Made by a program: the position numbers and the translations under genes
IMG/VR virus record: IMGVR_UViG_2627853864_000004
Length of the DNA stretch: 64,000 nucleotides
DNA from: an uncultured virus (IMG/VR IMGVR_UViG_2627853864_000004)
Lineage: Duplodnaviria; Heunggongvirae; Uroviricota; Caudoviricetes
Direction: 5' to 3' (one strand)
Part shown: positions 36,350 to 46,425 of the stretch, piece by piece
How the letters are laid out: every line of letters starts with the position of its first letter
Numbering within the stretch: the first letter of the stretch is position 1
Notes under the pieces: model-generated
What the model was told of the DNA's origin: nothing
Database searches by the model: none
What the model saw: only the letters and a program-made list of their open reading frames with translations

Positions 36350-36907
36350 GTGGAAGCCCTCACCCCGAACACGGCCAAGCTGCGGGGACTGTCGCGCAGC
36401 GCGCTCTACCGCCTCGCGAACGACGGACGGATGGACCGCATCGCACGGGGGATCTACCTGCCCGTTAACGCGCCGGCTGCCGACTGGGACCAACTCGAAG
36501 CCGCGACCCGACGTACCGACGCGACGATCTGCCTGACGTCTGCTCTCGCCTATCACGACTTGACCGACGCGATCCCCTCCACGCTGGACGTCGCGATCCG
36601 GCGAGGGGCGCGCCCACCGGCCAGCACAGGTGCCATCACGTGGCACCTGTTCGATCGGGACACGTTCGACATTGGCCGCGAGCAGATCACGATCGCCGGA
36701 TCGGACCAAACGATCGGGATCTATTCCCCGGAACGCTCGATCGCCGACGCGTTCCGCCTCCGCGGCGAGGTCGGACACGAGCTGGCACGCGATGCGTTGC
36801 GCGAATGGCTGCGCCGCGGTGGAAAGCCCGCGCGGTTGATCGACATCGCGACCCGGCTTCCGAGGGCCAAGACCCCCGCTCTGCGCGCGCTGGAGATGTT
36901 GGGTTGA
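36350..36907 (+). CDS. abiEi: Type IV TA antitoxin, AbiEi family
   Basis: 'GLSRSALYRL..GRMDRIARGIY', 'ICLTSALAYHDLTDAIP', 'YSPERSIAD'. Confidence 0.88.
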   Translation: MEALTPNTAKLRGLSRSALYRLANDGRMDRIARGIYLPVNAPAADWDQLEAATRRTDATICLTSALAYHDLTDAIPSTLDVAIRRGARPPASTGAITWHLFDRDTFDIGREQITIAGSDQTIGIYSPERSIADAFRLRGEVGHELARDALREWLRRGGKPARLIDIATRLPRAKTPALRALEMLG

Positions 36908-37755
36908 GCGACGGCGACAAGGTGTTCCGCCGCATCCAGTCCGCCGCCCGCTCGGCCAAGGACAGGGGCGGCCCCGCCGCGCCGACCCAGGAGTACTTGA
37001 TCCGTCATGTTCTCGAGTCGTTCCTGGACCGGCTCACCCGCACGCCGCACGCCCGTGACTTCATCCTCAAAGGCGGGATCCTATTGGCCGCCTACGGTGT
37101 TCGCCGACCGACGAAGGACGCTGACGCTAACGCTGCCAGCGCCGACGTCACCGCGCAGCACCTCGTCGACGTGGTCCGCGATATCGCCGCTGTGGCCGTC
37201 GACGACGGAGTCGTCTTCGACATCGACGCAATCACCGTTCAGGACATCCGCGAGCAAGCCGAATACCCCGGCTTGCGCGTGCGGGTTCCTGCGACGATCG
37301 GTCGGTGGAAAGGCGTAGCGCTGTGGGACGTTTCCACCGGTGACCCGGTCGTTCCGGCGCCCCGGCCGGTGACCATCGAGCGGATTCTCGGCGACCCGAT
37401 CACGCTGCTCGGCTACGCCGCCGAGACCAGCATGGCCGAGAAGGGCGTGACGATCCTCGAGCGCGGCATCACCAGCACCCGCTGGCGGGACTATGTCGAC
37501 ATAGTCGCGCTCGGTCGGGCGGGCTTCGACGAGGCGGAGCTTCTGCGCGCGGCCCGGGCCGTCGCGGGATACCGAAGGGTTGTGCTCGGTCCGGTTGCTC
37601 CGCTCCTGGAGGGCTACGGCGCAGTGGGACAGGCGAAGTGGGCCGCGTGGCGGCGCAAGGAGGGCGTCGAGTCCCTCTGCGAGGAGACCCTCGATGACCA
37701 GGCCGCCCTGGTCGCAGCCTTCCTCGACTCCACCTTCTCCCTCGGCCCCGGGTAA
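36904..37755 (+). CDS. abiEii: Type IV TA toxin, AbiEii/AbiGii nucleotidyltransferase
   Basis: TTG start overlapping abiEi stop; 'FILKGG', 'RPTKDAD', 'AEK', 'TRWRDYVD'. Confidence 0.88.
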   Translation: MSDGDKVFRRIQSAARSAKDRGGPAAPTQEYLIRHVLESFLDRLTRTPHARDFILKGGILLAAYGVRRPTKDADANAASADVTAQHLVDVVRDIAAVAVDDGVVFDIDAITVQDIREQAEYPGLRVRVPATIGRWKGVALWDVSTGDPVVPAPRPVTIERILGDPITLLGYAAETSMAEKGVTILERGITSTRWRDYVDIVALGRAGFDEAELLRAARAVAGYRRVVLGPVAPLLEGYGAVGQAKWAAWRRKEGVESLCEETLDDQAALVAAFLDSTFSLGPG

Positions 37756-38039
37756 CCGCCCGCCTGGCCGACGGTCGGCGGGCACGTCCCCCTGCCGAAC
37801 GGCCGACCGGCCTTTCGTTACGACGCACTGCACGTGCCTTCGACCGGCCCATTGAGTGCCCACGGCGCATCCGCCTTCCGAGCCGATAGTCCTCAGCGGG
37901 ATACCGCCGCGTAAATGGTGTCGGCGCCCCTGATTCGCCGCACGCAGGCACGCTACAAGCGCTGCCGCGCCGGACACCCGCGTCAGCTGCGCGCTGTGGC
38001 ACAGTGCGCGACAACGGGGCGCAGACGGAAGGGACTGCA

Positions 38040-38513
38040 ATGGCCAATTGTGAAGTCAATCGACCGCTTGAAGTCTTCGAAATGGCACTGACACAGCGTC
38101 TGATGGACACGTTCGAGCCGATGATCGAGCGCGCGACAGCCGAACAACTCGACAGGCTGGCCACCCTCGTTGAGACCCGCCGGACCCACCTTGCCGACCC
38201 GGTAGATCAGGCCCGCCGCATTGCGGCTTTTAAGCGCGCCGCGATGGAGCTGGCGCGAGAATCAAGCGGCGATGACCCGTTGCCCGCAGGCGCCGTGTTG
38301 TTCTACGCAATCGAAACCGAATCCATGCTGACCGGCCAGCCGCCGAACGAGATAGCGGCTGGAGATCCGGCTGCCGCGGAGGCGCTCGAGGAGATAGCGC
38401 GTACCGGCCGCAGAACCCATGTCATGCGGGGGTGGCTGCATCAGAATTGGGAAATTGTGTCGCAGCGCGCCTCAACGATTCTGAGCGTCGAAGCGATCAC
38501 CGCTGCGGGGTGA
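38040..38513 (+). CDS. Hypothetical protein
   Basis: RBS GAAGGGA. Confidence 0.55.
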   Translation: MANCEVNRPLEVFEMALTQRLMDTFEPMIERATAEQLDRLATLVETRRTHLADPVDQARRIAAFKRAAMELARESSGDDPLPAGAVLFYAIETESMLTGQPPNEIAAGDPAAAEALEEIARTGRRTHVMRGWLHQNWEIVSQRASTILSVEAITAAG

Positions 38514-38585
38514 TGAGTTTGCAAGCGCCACAGTCTTTCTCGCCGTCCAGACACCAGCTCATGCCCGCTCGCCTGCGGGCGGCGG

Positions 38586-38837
38586 TCAACGATCCAGGTT
38601 CGCGATATCCCTGAGTAAGTTGGACCAGATACGGGCGACGACGCCGTAACGGACCCGGTCCTCGACCAGCACAGTTTCGTCACTGTCGAGCACGCCGGCA
38701 CCGCGCACGGCGACGCTGGCTAGCAGGAACACCGTCTCGATCCGGTCCCGCAGCTCAGCGTATTCGGTGTCGGTGAGGTTGACCGTTTCAGCCGCCCCAG
38801 CGGAGCCGAGCGTGGTGGGGATGGTGCTGGTTTTCAT
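38586..38837 (-). CDS. Hypothetical protein
   Basis: ATGA overlap with antirepressor stop. Confidence 0.55.
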   Translation of the reverse strand: MKTSTIPTTLGSAGAAETVNLTDTEYAELRDRIETVFLLASVAVRGAGVLDSDETVLVEDRVRYGVVARIWSNLLRDIANLDR

Positions 38838-39676
38838 CGCGAACCTTTCGACGGACGAGTGACATAGACGGCGGCATGTGGACCGAATAGCTGCTCCCAA
38901 ATGGCATCGAGCGCTGGCCGGTCAGCTTCGGTGTAGGTGAACGATCGCAGTCCTGTCCCCCTCGGAGCCCCTGACTTGCGAAGGGCAGGGAGGGACTCGA
39001 TGCCGCGATTGCCCAGGAATGCGTCGAATTCCGGCTCCAACGCTTCGGCCACGGCCGAGGTCATCCCCCGCTGCTGCAGGTAGTCGCGCAAGCGCAGCGG
39101 AGCATCGCCGGGGTCGATGTCCGCGATCTCGCCGAGTGCGCCGGCAAGGGCTCGGCGCGCCTCGGCTTCCAAATGATCCGCGTCGACAAGGTCCCGAAAC
39201 GCGCGCAGCACCGTCGCTTTGGCGTGCACTGCCTCGACGACGCACGCCAGCCGATCCCCACCGACACGCGGGTTGGCCCCAGCGATCTCCCCAGCCGCGG
39301 GTGCGGGTGGATCCAGTGCTGGAGATGTCCCATTGAAGTACGCATCGAGAGCATCGGCGGCCTCGGCCTGAAATGCCTCGATGATCGGACGGGCGTCATC
39401 GGAGACACGGTTGGTGTCGATGGTTGCCAGCCACATCGTGAAGGTGCGGCGGTCGATCATGACCATCTCGCGGTTCTTGCCATCCTCCGCGACCGTGGAG
39501 ACGAGCTCCATGGTTGCCCAAGACTTCCCCTTAAGCTTCTGAAGTTGGCCCGAGTAGTCGACATTGATCGATTCGCAGCCGTGACGAAGCGACACCATCG
39601 GCGTGCTGTCGATCAGGGTCGCGACGATTTCGCGGTTGGTACCGGGCACCGCGATCGGAATGAGTTCAGCGCTCAT
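38834..39676 (-). CDS. Phage antirepressor-like protein (P22 Ant N-terminal domain)
   Basis: 'PMVSLRHGCESINVDYSGQLQKLK', 'AEDGKNREM', 'MWLATIDTNRV'. Confidence 0.8.
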   Translation of the reverse strand: MSAELIPIAVPGTNREIVATLIDSTPMVSLRHGCESINVDYSGQLQKLKGKSWATMELVSTVAEDGKNREMVMIDRRTFTMWLATIDTNRVSDDARPIIEAFQAEAADALDAYFNGTSPALDPPAPAAGEIAGANPRVGGDRLACVVEAVHAKATVLRAFRDLVDADHLEAEARRALAGALGEIADIDPGDAPLRLRDYLQQRGMTSAVAEALEPEFDAFLGNRGIESLPALRKSGAPRGTGLRSFTYTEADRPALDAIWEQLFGPHAAVYVTRPSKGSR

Positions 39677-39849
39677 CAAATCCCCCCAAGCCTCAAAACG
39701 TACGTTAACTATTGCGTACGTTCGCGCGTACGTCAAGATAATCGCGCCCTGAACACGGACCCAAACGTTCGTGTCCCCGAGATCGTCTACCGCGCAGCTC
39801 GCTGGACTTCGCCAGTCCCGTAGCCGACACTTACCCTGTGCGCGAACCT

Positions 39850-40599
39850 ATGCAGCCACCAGAGGCGGAGTTTTTAGAACGTCTGCGTACCGCAGCAAAG
39901 CCCAGCCTTTCGGTACGCGCGGCCGCCAAGGAGGCTGGCATCTCAGATTCGCGATGGCGACAGATCATCAAGGGCTATCGGCAGGAGACGAAAGACCTGC
40001 GTATCCCTGTCCGTGCACCCGCCGATACCTTGGCCCGGATGGCAACGGTTGTTCAAGCCTCCCCTGAAGAACTTGATGCTGTTGGCCGAAGTGACGCGGC
40101 CGACATCATGCGCGCCGCTGCTGATCGCATGATGTCGGCGCTCGACGAACGAGAACGCAAGCCCGAAGGATTGGCTGAGACTGCTTCGGTCCAGGCTCTC
40201 GGGAATCGGGCCGCCAGGTACATCTCGGAGCATCCGATGTTGGTCGATGGGGTTTCCATCGAAGAACTCGCCGAAAGATTCAAAACCCTGCTCGACATGG
40301 TCGACAACAGCCAGGCCACGCATCAGGCGATGACCCAGCTGGCCCGACAACTTGAGGCGGCGACCGACAACAATCCGGAGTTTCCAACGCCATCCGAAAT
40401 CGAGCAGTCCCTACACGAGGCCCGACGGGGAGCTGTCGAATTCCGGACATTCCTGGCCGACGTGATGTTCCAAGTAATGACGACCGCAAATTCCGCGACC
40501 GCTGCAGAGCTCAAATCGCTGCTACGGCCCCTGTACGACCGCGCGATCACCGGAGGGGCTTCACCGCACGCAGACGACAGCGAGGCACCTCGCGGTTGA
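39850..40599 (+). CDS. XRE-family repressor, actinophage immunity-repressor-like
   Basis: 'LSVRAAAKEAGISDSRWRQIIKGY...TLARMA'; divergent from antirepressor. Confidence 0.75.
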   Translation: MQPPEAEFLERLRTAAKPSLSVRAAAKEAGISDSRWRQIIKGYRQETKDLRIPVRAPADTLARMATVVQASPEELDAVGRSDAADIMRAAADRMMSALDERERKPEGLAETASVQALGNRAARYISEHPMLVDGVSIEELAERFKTLLDMVDNSQATHQAMTQLARQLEAATDNNPEFPTPSEIEQSLHEARRGAVEFRTFLADVMFQVMTTANSATAAELKSLLRPLYDRAITGGASPHADDSEAPRG

Positions 40600-40756
40600 C
40601 CACAACCGCATAGTTCCTGATTCCATGGTCATTCATCAGGAATGGAAGCTGCTTCCGGCCGTGGGCTGAGAGCGGGCTACGCCCTTTAGCCGGATTCTTA
40701 AAAGGACGTGACAACGCGTGCGCAGGCCAGTAGCACACGGGTGCGACAATTGAGCG

Positions 40757-41587
40757 ATGAACAGGCGCACGGCACTATTGGCGGCTGTGGTGGTTACGGC
40801 CAGCGCAGCGGTGTCGGCATGCTCGTCCAGCGATGCCGCCGAGAGCGCTCCTACACCTGTTTCACACGCGGTTCCCACAGCGGACACCGCTAAGGGTCCG
40901 GCGGCGCCCGCACAGCGGTGGATTGACGTGGGCGGAACCGCTGTCCCCCAAGCAGATGCGGCCGGCATCCAATATGGTGCGCAGCCTTACCCAGGTATCA
41001 ACATCGGACAAGGTCAGATCGGCACCTCACCAAACAAGTGCACTCTCGGACCACTGGCCCGACGGATCGCCGACGGCGCTTACGTTTTCGTGACCGCTGG
41101 CCACTGCGACGAACGCCCTGGAGAGGTGGTCAGCATCTGGTCCGGCCCCAACGGCGAAGGCCCGAAAGTAGTGGGAACGCTCACCGGGGAATTCGATGAC
41201 GAAGCCACAGGCCAAGACTCAGCGCTACTGGAGACTGTCCTCGCACCTGCGCCCGACGCCACCAAGATCGCCGGAAAATTTCCGATCAGCGGGGTGATGC
41301 CCGAAGCCGAGGTGCGGAAACTGCCAGCCGGAACCCCGATCTGTCTGGACGGTGCACGCAGCGGGGTGGTGTGCGGGCCGCTGGTCCGAACCGACTGGGA
41401 CACGATCAAATTCGGCACCAACGCTATAGGAGGAGACTCGGGCTCCCCTGTGTTCCTCGTCGGCGCGGACAATCGGGCTGTGCTGATCGGGATCTTCAAA
41501 GGCGAGCACGGAGCGACTGCGCTGGATGCGGCCACCTACCTGCAGCCGGCCCTCGACCGTCTCGGTGTCGAGATCGTCACCGGCTGA
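40757..41587 (+). CDS. Lipoprotein trypsin-like (S1) serine protease
   Basis: Lipobox 'VSAC'; triad 'VTAGHC', 'DSAL', 'GDSGSP'. Confidence 0.85.
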   Translation: MNRRTALLAAVVVTASAAVSACSSSDAAESAPTPVSHAVPTADTAKGPAAPAQRWIDVGGTAVPQADAAGIQYGAQPYPGINIGQGQIGTSPNKCTLGPLARRIADGAYVFVTAGHCDERPGEVVSIWSGPNGEGPKVVGTLTGEFDDEATGQDSALLETVLAPAPDATKIAGKFPISGVMPEAEVRKLPAGTPICLDGARSGVVCGPLVRTDWDTIKFGTNAIGGDSGSPVFLVGADNRAVLIGIFKGEHGATALDAATYLQPALDRLGVEIVTG

Positions 41588-41763
41588 CCCGCGCCGCCGA
41601 CACATCGGAGGTGCATCGGCCGTCCACTTCCAACCCAAATTCATCAAGGCTGCAGAAAATGGTCGCATCTGCCTGGGTAAGCCCGCGCGACGAAGACCAA
41701 GCCCGCCAATCCCGTCGTCCGATCTGTAGTCATCAGCGTACCCATCCGATGTGGATCTGGCGT

Positions 41764-42228
41764 CTAGGACTCGTCTGCCCGCCAGGAGCGCCGGAAAAGC
41801 CCGTGGCTGAAGTCAGGATCCGCCGAGGTTCCTGTGAAATCCGGCAATGCATCTGCTGTGACGTTACGCAGGGTCGCCGCGGTGAAGGCGTCGGTGCCTT
41901 CGAGGTCCTCAATTAGCCGTTGTCGGTGCTGTTCTAGGGGCTCAAGTACTTCAGCCACCTTTAACGCCGCGTTGAACGAGGCCTGCTGGGCGGCGGCGAC
42001 GATGAGCCGGCTCAGCCGGTCACGATCCATGTACCGTGTGTCGTCGGCCAGTTCGATGTCAACGAGGTTGCCGGAGGTCGTGACCCATGCGCGGACCAGC
42101 CCGTTGTCGGATACACCGTCGACCCGGCCGATGGAGTCGATGGCTTGTCGAGCTCGCCGGAACGCTTCGGCTTGACCTTCGAGGCTGTCGAGGTCGAGAT
42201 CCGGGTCGAAGCGGTGGTCGTCACTCAT
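41764..42228 (-). CDS. YbaB/EbfC-family (EspL-like) protein
   Basis: 'GVSDNGLVRAWVTTSGNLVDIEL...LSRLIVAAAQQA'; ATGA-coupled to immunity gene. Confidence 0.75.
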   Translation of the reverse strand: MSDDHRFDPDLDLDSLEGQAEAFRRARQAIDSIGRVDGVSDNGLVRAWVTTSGNLVDIELADDTRYMDRDRLSRLIVAAAQQASFNAALKVAEVLEPLEQHRQRLIEDLEGTDAFTAATLRNVTADALPDFTGTSADPDFSHGLFRRSWRADES

Positions 42229-43079
42229 TCGGGGAGCCGTTCCATGGCGCGCCGAGCTTCTTTGCGGATCGACGCGTCGCTGTGGGTGAGGTAGGGCTCG
42301 ATCCGTGCCCGGACACCGTGTGCCTTCATCTGGATCAGGGCGCGAATCGAGAAATACGTGAAGGTGTCGAGAAACCTCAACGCCAGATCGCGCGCCTCGT
42401 CGGTTTTCACCTTGCCCAGGTACTCGATCAGCGGGCCCGCCGCTGCGCCCTGAGGCCGCAACTCGTCGATGAGTTCAGCGATAAGGGCGAAGTCGCGTTT
42501 GGTGGCGATACGGGCCAGTGCCACTGTGGCGTAACCGATTAGGCCGCTGCGCATCGGTGGTTGTCGGCGCAGTTGGGCAACGAGCGCCTCGATCGCGGCC
42601 GAGTTGCCGCGGGCAGCGAGATCGTTGAGGTTGCGAATGAGCCCTGCTCGGATGGATTCGCGGTGGGGCGTTTCCGGGCCGGGGATGCGTTCCTCTAGGT
42701 GTGTCAGCCAGTCGATGAAGATGGGGATGCCTTGGGGAATGGTCCGGACACGGTTGGACAGGTCGCCCAGCGTGTAGCACGGCACCCCAACAGCGGCGAG
42801 TTCTTCCATGATGCGCCGGTCAAACCCCCGCTGTCCGTCCTTGTAACGGGCTGGCAGGTGCTCCATCCAGTGAGGGCCTTCAGGCATCCCTGGGTAGGTG
42901 ATGGGCTCGTGGGACTCCTGTGCGTCGGGGCGGGTGCGGGGGGTGTCACCAGCTTGGGCTGGGCGTGGCGCTCGGACCAGGTCGGCGCTGGTGGCTTCGA
43001 TGCTGCCGATGGCATTGCGGAGGCCGGCGAGGACCTCGGCTTTGTCACGGTTGGGTGGTGGGCCGGCGGACTGAGTCAT
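42225..43079 (-). CDS. Putative immunity protein with HEAT-like repeats
   Basis: Directly downstream of toxin; helical repeats ending 'IEPYLTHSDASIRKEARRAMERL'. Confidence 0.65.
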   Translation of the reverse strand: MTQSAGPPPNRDKAEVLAGLRNAIGSIEATSADLVRAPRPAQAGDTPRTRPDAQESHEPITYPGMPEGPHWMEHLPARYKDGQRGFDRRIMEELAAVGVPCYTLGDLSNRVRTIPQGIPIFIDWLTHLEERIPGPETPHRESIRAGLIRNLNDLAARGNSAAIEALVAQLRRQPPMRSGLIGYATVALARIATKRDFALIAELIDELRPQGAAAGPLIEYLGKVKTDEARDLALRFLDTFTYFSIRALIQMKAHGVRARIEPYLTHSDASIRKEARRAMERLPE

Positions 43080-43112
43080 GAGACGGCGCCCCGATGAGGG
43101 TGGGTGGTGTGG

Positions 43113-44453
43113 TTAGTGGTCATTGTTGTCATCGAGTTCTTTGCGGATGAGTTGGATCTGCCCCGAGTCGATCGCCTTCTGGATATCGGGATCGTTGATC
43201 TGTGTCCGGTGGTCCACGACCAGGGTCATGGTGTAGCCCTCTTCTTGGGCAAACTGAAGTTCCTTCAATATCTGGGTCTTGTACGGCCTAATTTCATTCG
43301 TGTTCTTGACCTCGACGACATTCTGGTTTTCGTCATCGATGTAATCCGGTTCGATCAGCGAAGGGACGCCGTTATATGTGATCGGTACCCTGCGTTTTTC
43401 GTGTGGTGGAATGCCGGCCCGCTCTTCGCCTTGTTCACCGGCTTTCCTGTTCTCTTCGTCGCTGCGATTGCGCACCGGGTTTGTTTGTCGCGGTGTGCGG
43501 TCGAGTATCGACGACAGCAGCTGGGTACTCGTCGTCGCTGTCGTATAAATCCCCTTGTTGGACTCCGCTGCGGTGTTGACCGCGCCGTTGATGCCGTCGA
43601 TGAGCGCATCCATGGCGCGGGCATAGTCGCGCTTGTTCTTTTCGATCAAATTGTCGAGAAGCCGTACAAGCCAACCCGCTCTGATGCGTCGGGCTCCGAT
43701 CTTGTCGACCTCGTAGGAGAAGACGATCGCGTTCAGAATCTGCAAACTCTGACGGCCGGTGCGTTTGTCGATATCGGCAACGCGGTGCACCTCCTGGCAT
43801 GCAGCACCCAGCGCGATGCCCATATCACCCGCGTCGCTCAGGGCCCGGTAGACGTTGGCGACTTCGTCGACCATGCCGTCGACCTCGGGGCTTTGGTCTT
43901 GGGCGGCTTGGGTGAATACACCCAATACATCGGACCTCAACGTGGCAGCGGTCGCCTTCGTTGTATTCCCATACGTGGTGAAGTGCGTTCCCGCAGTGCC
44001 GATTCGACTTTCGTCGCAGTCAGCCCACTGCTTGGTGACATACTTTTCGATCAGATCCCAGTGGGCTGGCTTCTCGTGAGTGCCTCCCACCGCATGTTTG
44101 GCGGGGTGCAGATTGGTGGCCAGCGACGACCCCTGCGGATGTGGCGGTGTCGGTTGCACACCTGTGCCTCCGCTGGATCCGTTCTCAACATCGGCATGAT
44201 TCAGTCCGGATTGATGGACCAGATAGCCGAGTTCACGTGCCGCAATCGATGTCGTGGATGCCATCTCGAAGACGTCGGAGGCGGATTGGTCAAAGCTGAT
44301 CGCCCACACCGGCCCGCCGCTGTCGTAAGTGCCCGCGCTCTGGCTGACGTCCAGTTTGTTGTCCAGATCCTTGAGCGCGGTCTCCAGAGTCTTCGAGAGC
44401 TCGCATAACTTCGCTGCGACCGCGTAGTAGTCCTCGGGAGTAACTTTCGTCAT
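43113..44453 (-). CDS. T7SS polymorphic toxin: WXG100-like N-terminus + PD-(D/E)xK (Tox-REase-like) C-terminus
   Basis: 'KVTPEDYYAVA...SAGTYDSGG..W...FD'; 'WADCD'; C-terminal 'IEPDYID...VVEVKN...TQI'. Confidence 0.8.
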   Translation of the reverse strand: MTKVTPEDYYAVAAKLCELSKTLETALKDLDNKLDVSQSAGTYDSGGPVWAISFDQSASDVFEMASTTSIAARELGYLVHQSGLNHADVENGSSGGTGVQPTPPHPQGSSLATNLHPAKHAVGGTHEKPAHWDLIEKYVTKQWADCDESRIGTAGTHFTTYGNTTKATAATLRSDVLGVFTQAAQDQSPEVDGMVDEVANVYRALSDAGDMGIALGAACQEVHRVADIDKRTGRQSLQILNAIVFSYEVDKIGARRIRAGWLVRLLDNLIEKNKRDYARAMDALIDGINGAVNTAAESNKGIYTTATTSTQLLSSILDRTPRQTNPVRNRSDEENRKAGEQGEERAGIPPHEKRRVPITYNGVPSLIEPDYIDDENQNVVEVKNTNEIRPYKTQILKELQFAQEEGYTMTLVVDHRTQINDPDIQKAIDSGQIQLIRKELDDNNDH

Positions 44454-44462
44454 GAACCTGGC

Positions 44463-44750
44463 CTATCCCAGCATTTCCACGTTCTTGCGTTGTGCCTCGG
44501 CGTAGTTCGCCCGAGCGTCCGCAACGAAGACTCGGTGGGCTTGCAGAGTGTCGAGGTGCTGCTGCAGCGAGGCCTGCCACCGGTCGTGGGACTGGGTGAA
44601 GGCTGTCGCCGCGGTACCCGAGTAGTGCTCACCGATTGATGCCACAGTCGCTTTCGCGCCGTCGCGGTGGGCCGAGAGCTCCTCAATCGAGCGATCAATC
44701 AGCTCGACGAATTCGTCGAGCTGATTCAGGTCGTATTGATATGTCGGCAC
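44463..44750 (-). CDS. WXG100 family protein
   Basis: 95 aa; 'HYSGTAATAF...W'; 'ANYAEA'. Confidence 0.8.
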   Translation of the reverse strand: MPTYQYDLNQLDEFVELIDRSIEELSAHRDGAKATVASIGEHYSGTAATAFTQSHDRWQASLQQHLDTLQAHRVFVADARANYAEAQRKNVEMLG

Positions 44751-44759
44751 GGTGCGGGC

Positions 44760-45059
44760 TTACATCTGTTCGGCGATCACGGCGCCGGACTCGTTGTCCT
44801 CGGTCCGATACAGTCCGGCGGCAGTATGCAATTGATCTGCATCATGGGCGAGGTCGTCGAGATGTTTGCTGACGTTGGCGAGCAGCTCCGAGAATCTGGT
44901 GTCGGCGATGTCGGAGGTCTGGCCAGTCCATGTGCTGCGAAGTCGGTCTTGGGCCGTGTGCAGGGTGTCCAGGACCGAACGCATCTCGTCGTGGATGTCG
45001 TGCAGTCGTTGCGAACCCGCGACAAGAACGTCCGGATTCACCCGTAGGCTGTTGTCCAT
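44760..45059 (-). CDS. WXG100 family protein
   Basis: 'LRVNPDVL', 'TWTG', T7SS signal 'YRTED'; RBS GGGGAGG. Confidence 0.85.
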   Translation of the reverse strand: MDNSLRVNPDVLVAGSQRLHDIHDEMRSVLDTLHTAQDRLRSTWTGQTSDIADTRFSELLANVSKHLDDLAHDADQLHTAAGLYRTEDNESGAVIAEQM

Positions 45060-45090
45060 CGACACCTCCCCCCTAGACCGCAAGGTAATC

Positions 45091-45528
45091 ATGGACTGGC
45101 GTGCATCACTGAGTCAGGCAGCCCAAGCTGACCTCGATCGGCTGTTTGCAGACAGCATACAAGTGGCTGGCATAGGCCTAGAGCACCAAAATTTGGCGCC
45201 GTTCATGCTGGTCGTCGCTACCAACGGTGATCGTGCTATGCGAAATCTCGGGGCGCCGTCTGGGCAGCGCAGCGTCGACGCCATCATCACGGCGCTGCAG
45301 GATGAAACCGACGCCGAGAGCTTGCGCGCCCGGGCGACCGTCATGGACGTCACCGTGCGTGAGCCGTTTGCCGGTGACGCGATCAACATCCGGCTCGAAC
45401 ATCGGGAAGGCCAAGCCATCGACATCTTGGTGCCGTACAGGACAACCGACGACGGCATCACGATCGATGGTCAGGCAATGACGGCCTCAGTCGATGTCGC
45501 CCGATTGTGGCCAACCAGTCCACCGTGA
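45091..45528 (+). CDS. Hypothetical protein
   Basis: GC3 bias from ATG 45091; divergent from the WXG100 operon. Confidence 0.6.
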   Translation: MDWRASLSQAAQADLDRLFADSIQVAGIGLEHQNLAPFMLVVATNGDRAMRNLGAPSGQRSVDAIITALQDETDAESLRARATVMDVTVREPFAGDAINIRLEHREGQAIDILVPYRTTDDGITIDGQAMTASVDVARLWPTSPP

Positions 45529-45560
45529 CGACGACACCACCAGTGAGAGGTCACCGCGGT

Positions 45561-46136
45561 TCATGGCAGTGGGGCGATGCTGAAGCCGAATTCGGTGAGT
45601 GGTTCAAGCGGGGCGGGTCCTGTGTCTCCGATTGGGGCGAAAACAATCACGGTGTCGGCACGTTCTGCCGATGCGAAAGAGCGAATTGCCTTGTAATGCA
45701 TCAAGTCTTGGTGCATCGTCAGCTTGTCGTTCCATTCGCCGATCAGAATTGGGACGACCCCGCCACCCGAGCCAGGTACACGTGACATGCAGGATGCGTA
45801 GTTTTCGACGTTCGGGAACCCGGCTTTCCCATCTGAAATTGTCGACACCGTCCCGTCTGTGCAAACGGCTGCCGACCATTCCTCACGATCACCGGACACC
45901 TGACCGGCCGCAGAGGCCGCATGTCCACCGGCGACCCTGTCCAGATCGATCCACCCCGCCACCGCCGCGACAGCGACGACAGACACCAGGATCACGCATA
46001 CAACCAACGTCACCGTCCGCACACGTCGAGCACGCGACCCTTCGGCCGGCACGCCCGGAACCGCGGCGCTGCGGTTGTAGCCATTCGGAGTCTGACCAGG
46101 CCCCTGATCAGAGTGGGGCAGCGACGGATACCTCAT
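45561..46136 (-). CDS. Hypothetical membrane-anchored protein
   Basis: Single TM helix; paired Cys in extracellular part. Confidence 0.6.
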   Translation of the reverse strand: MRYPSLPHSDQGPGQTPNGYNRSAAVPGVPAEGSRARRVRTVTLVVCVILVSVVAVAAVAGWIDLDRVAGGHAASAAGQVSGDREEWSAAVCTDGTVSTISDGKAGFPNVENYASCMSRVPGSGGGVVPILIGEWNDKLTMHQDLMHYKAIRSFASAERADTVIVFAPIGDTGPAPLEPLTEFGFSIAPLP

Positions 46137-46256
46137 ACGACTCAGCGTATCCGCACCCCGGAGCAGACTGCGCAGGATTCGACCAGAGCCGACACTCGCG
46201 TCGCCGGCATCTCAGCGCTGCTGGTCGGGGGCCATCAGCCTCGCTTCCCCCGACGG

Positions 46257-46367
46257 TTACAGCCGCCGGTCGCGTCGGGGCGCGCTGCTGAAAAGCCCTT
46301 GGCTGAGGCCGAGATCTAGAGCTTCGTCACCTTGGAGGTCCTCAACGAGGCGTTGTCGGTGCTGTTC
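46257..46367 (-). pseudogene. C-terminal relic of a YbaB-like paralogue
   Basis: 46335-46367 matches 41902-41934 at 30/33 nt; 'EQHRQRLVEDLQG' vs 'EQHRQRLIEDLEG'. Confidence 0.65.
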
Positions 46368-46425
46368 ATCTAGACGCGCGCGACGGGATCTGCTTGCAGC
46401 ACTTGCCGCTGCGCGCGATTTCCAG

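Noticed and set aside
20409..40599. Intact prophage
   Set aside because: Phage-like early genes are present, but no terminase, capsid, tail, lysis or integrase genes
43104..44408. Long + strand ORF (also 31844-32887 +, 37081-38040 -, 54133-55311 -)
   Set aside because: Antisense shadows of well-supported genes in high-GC DNA
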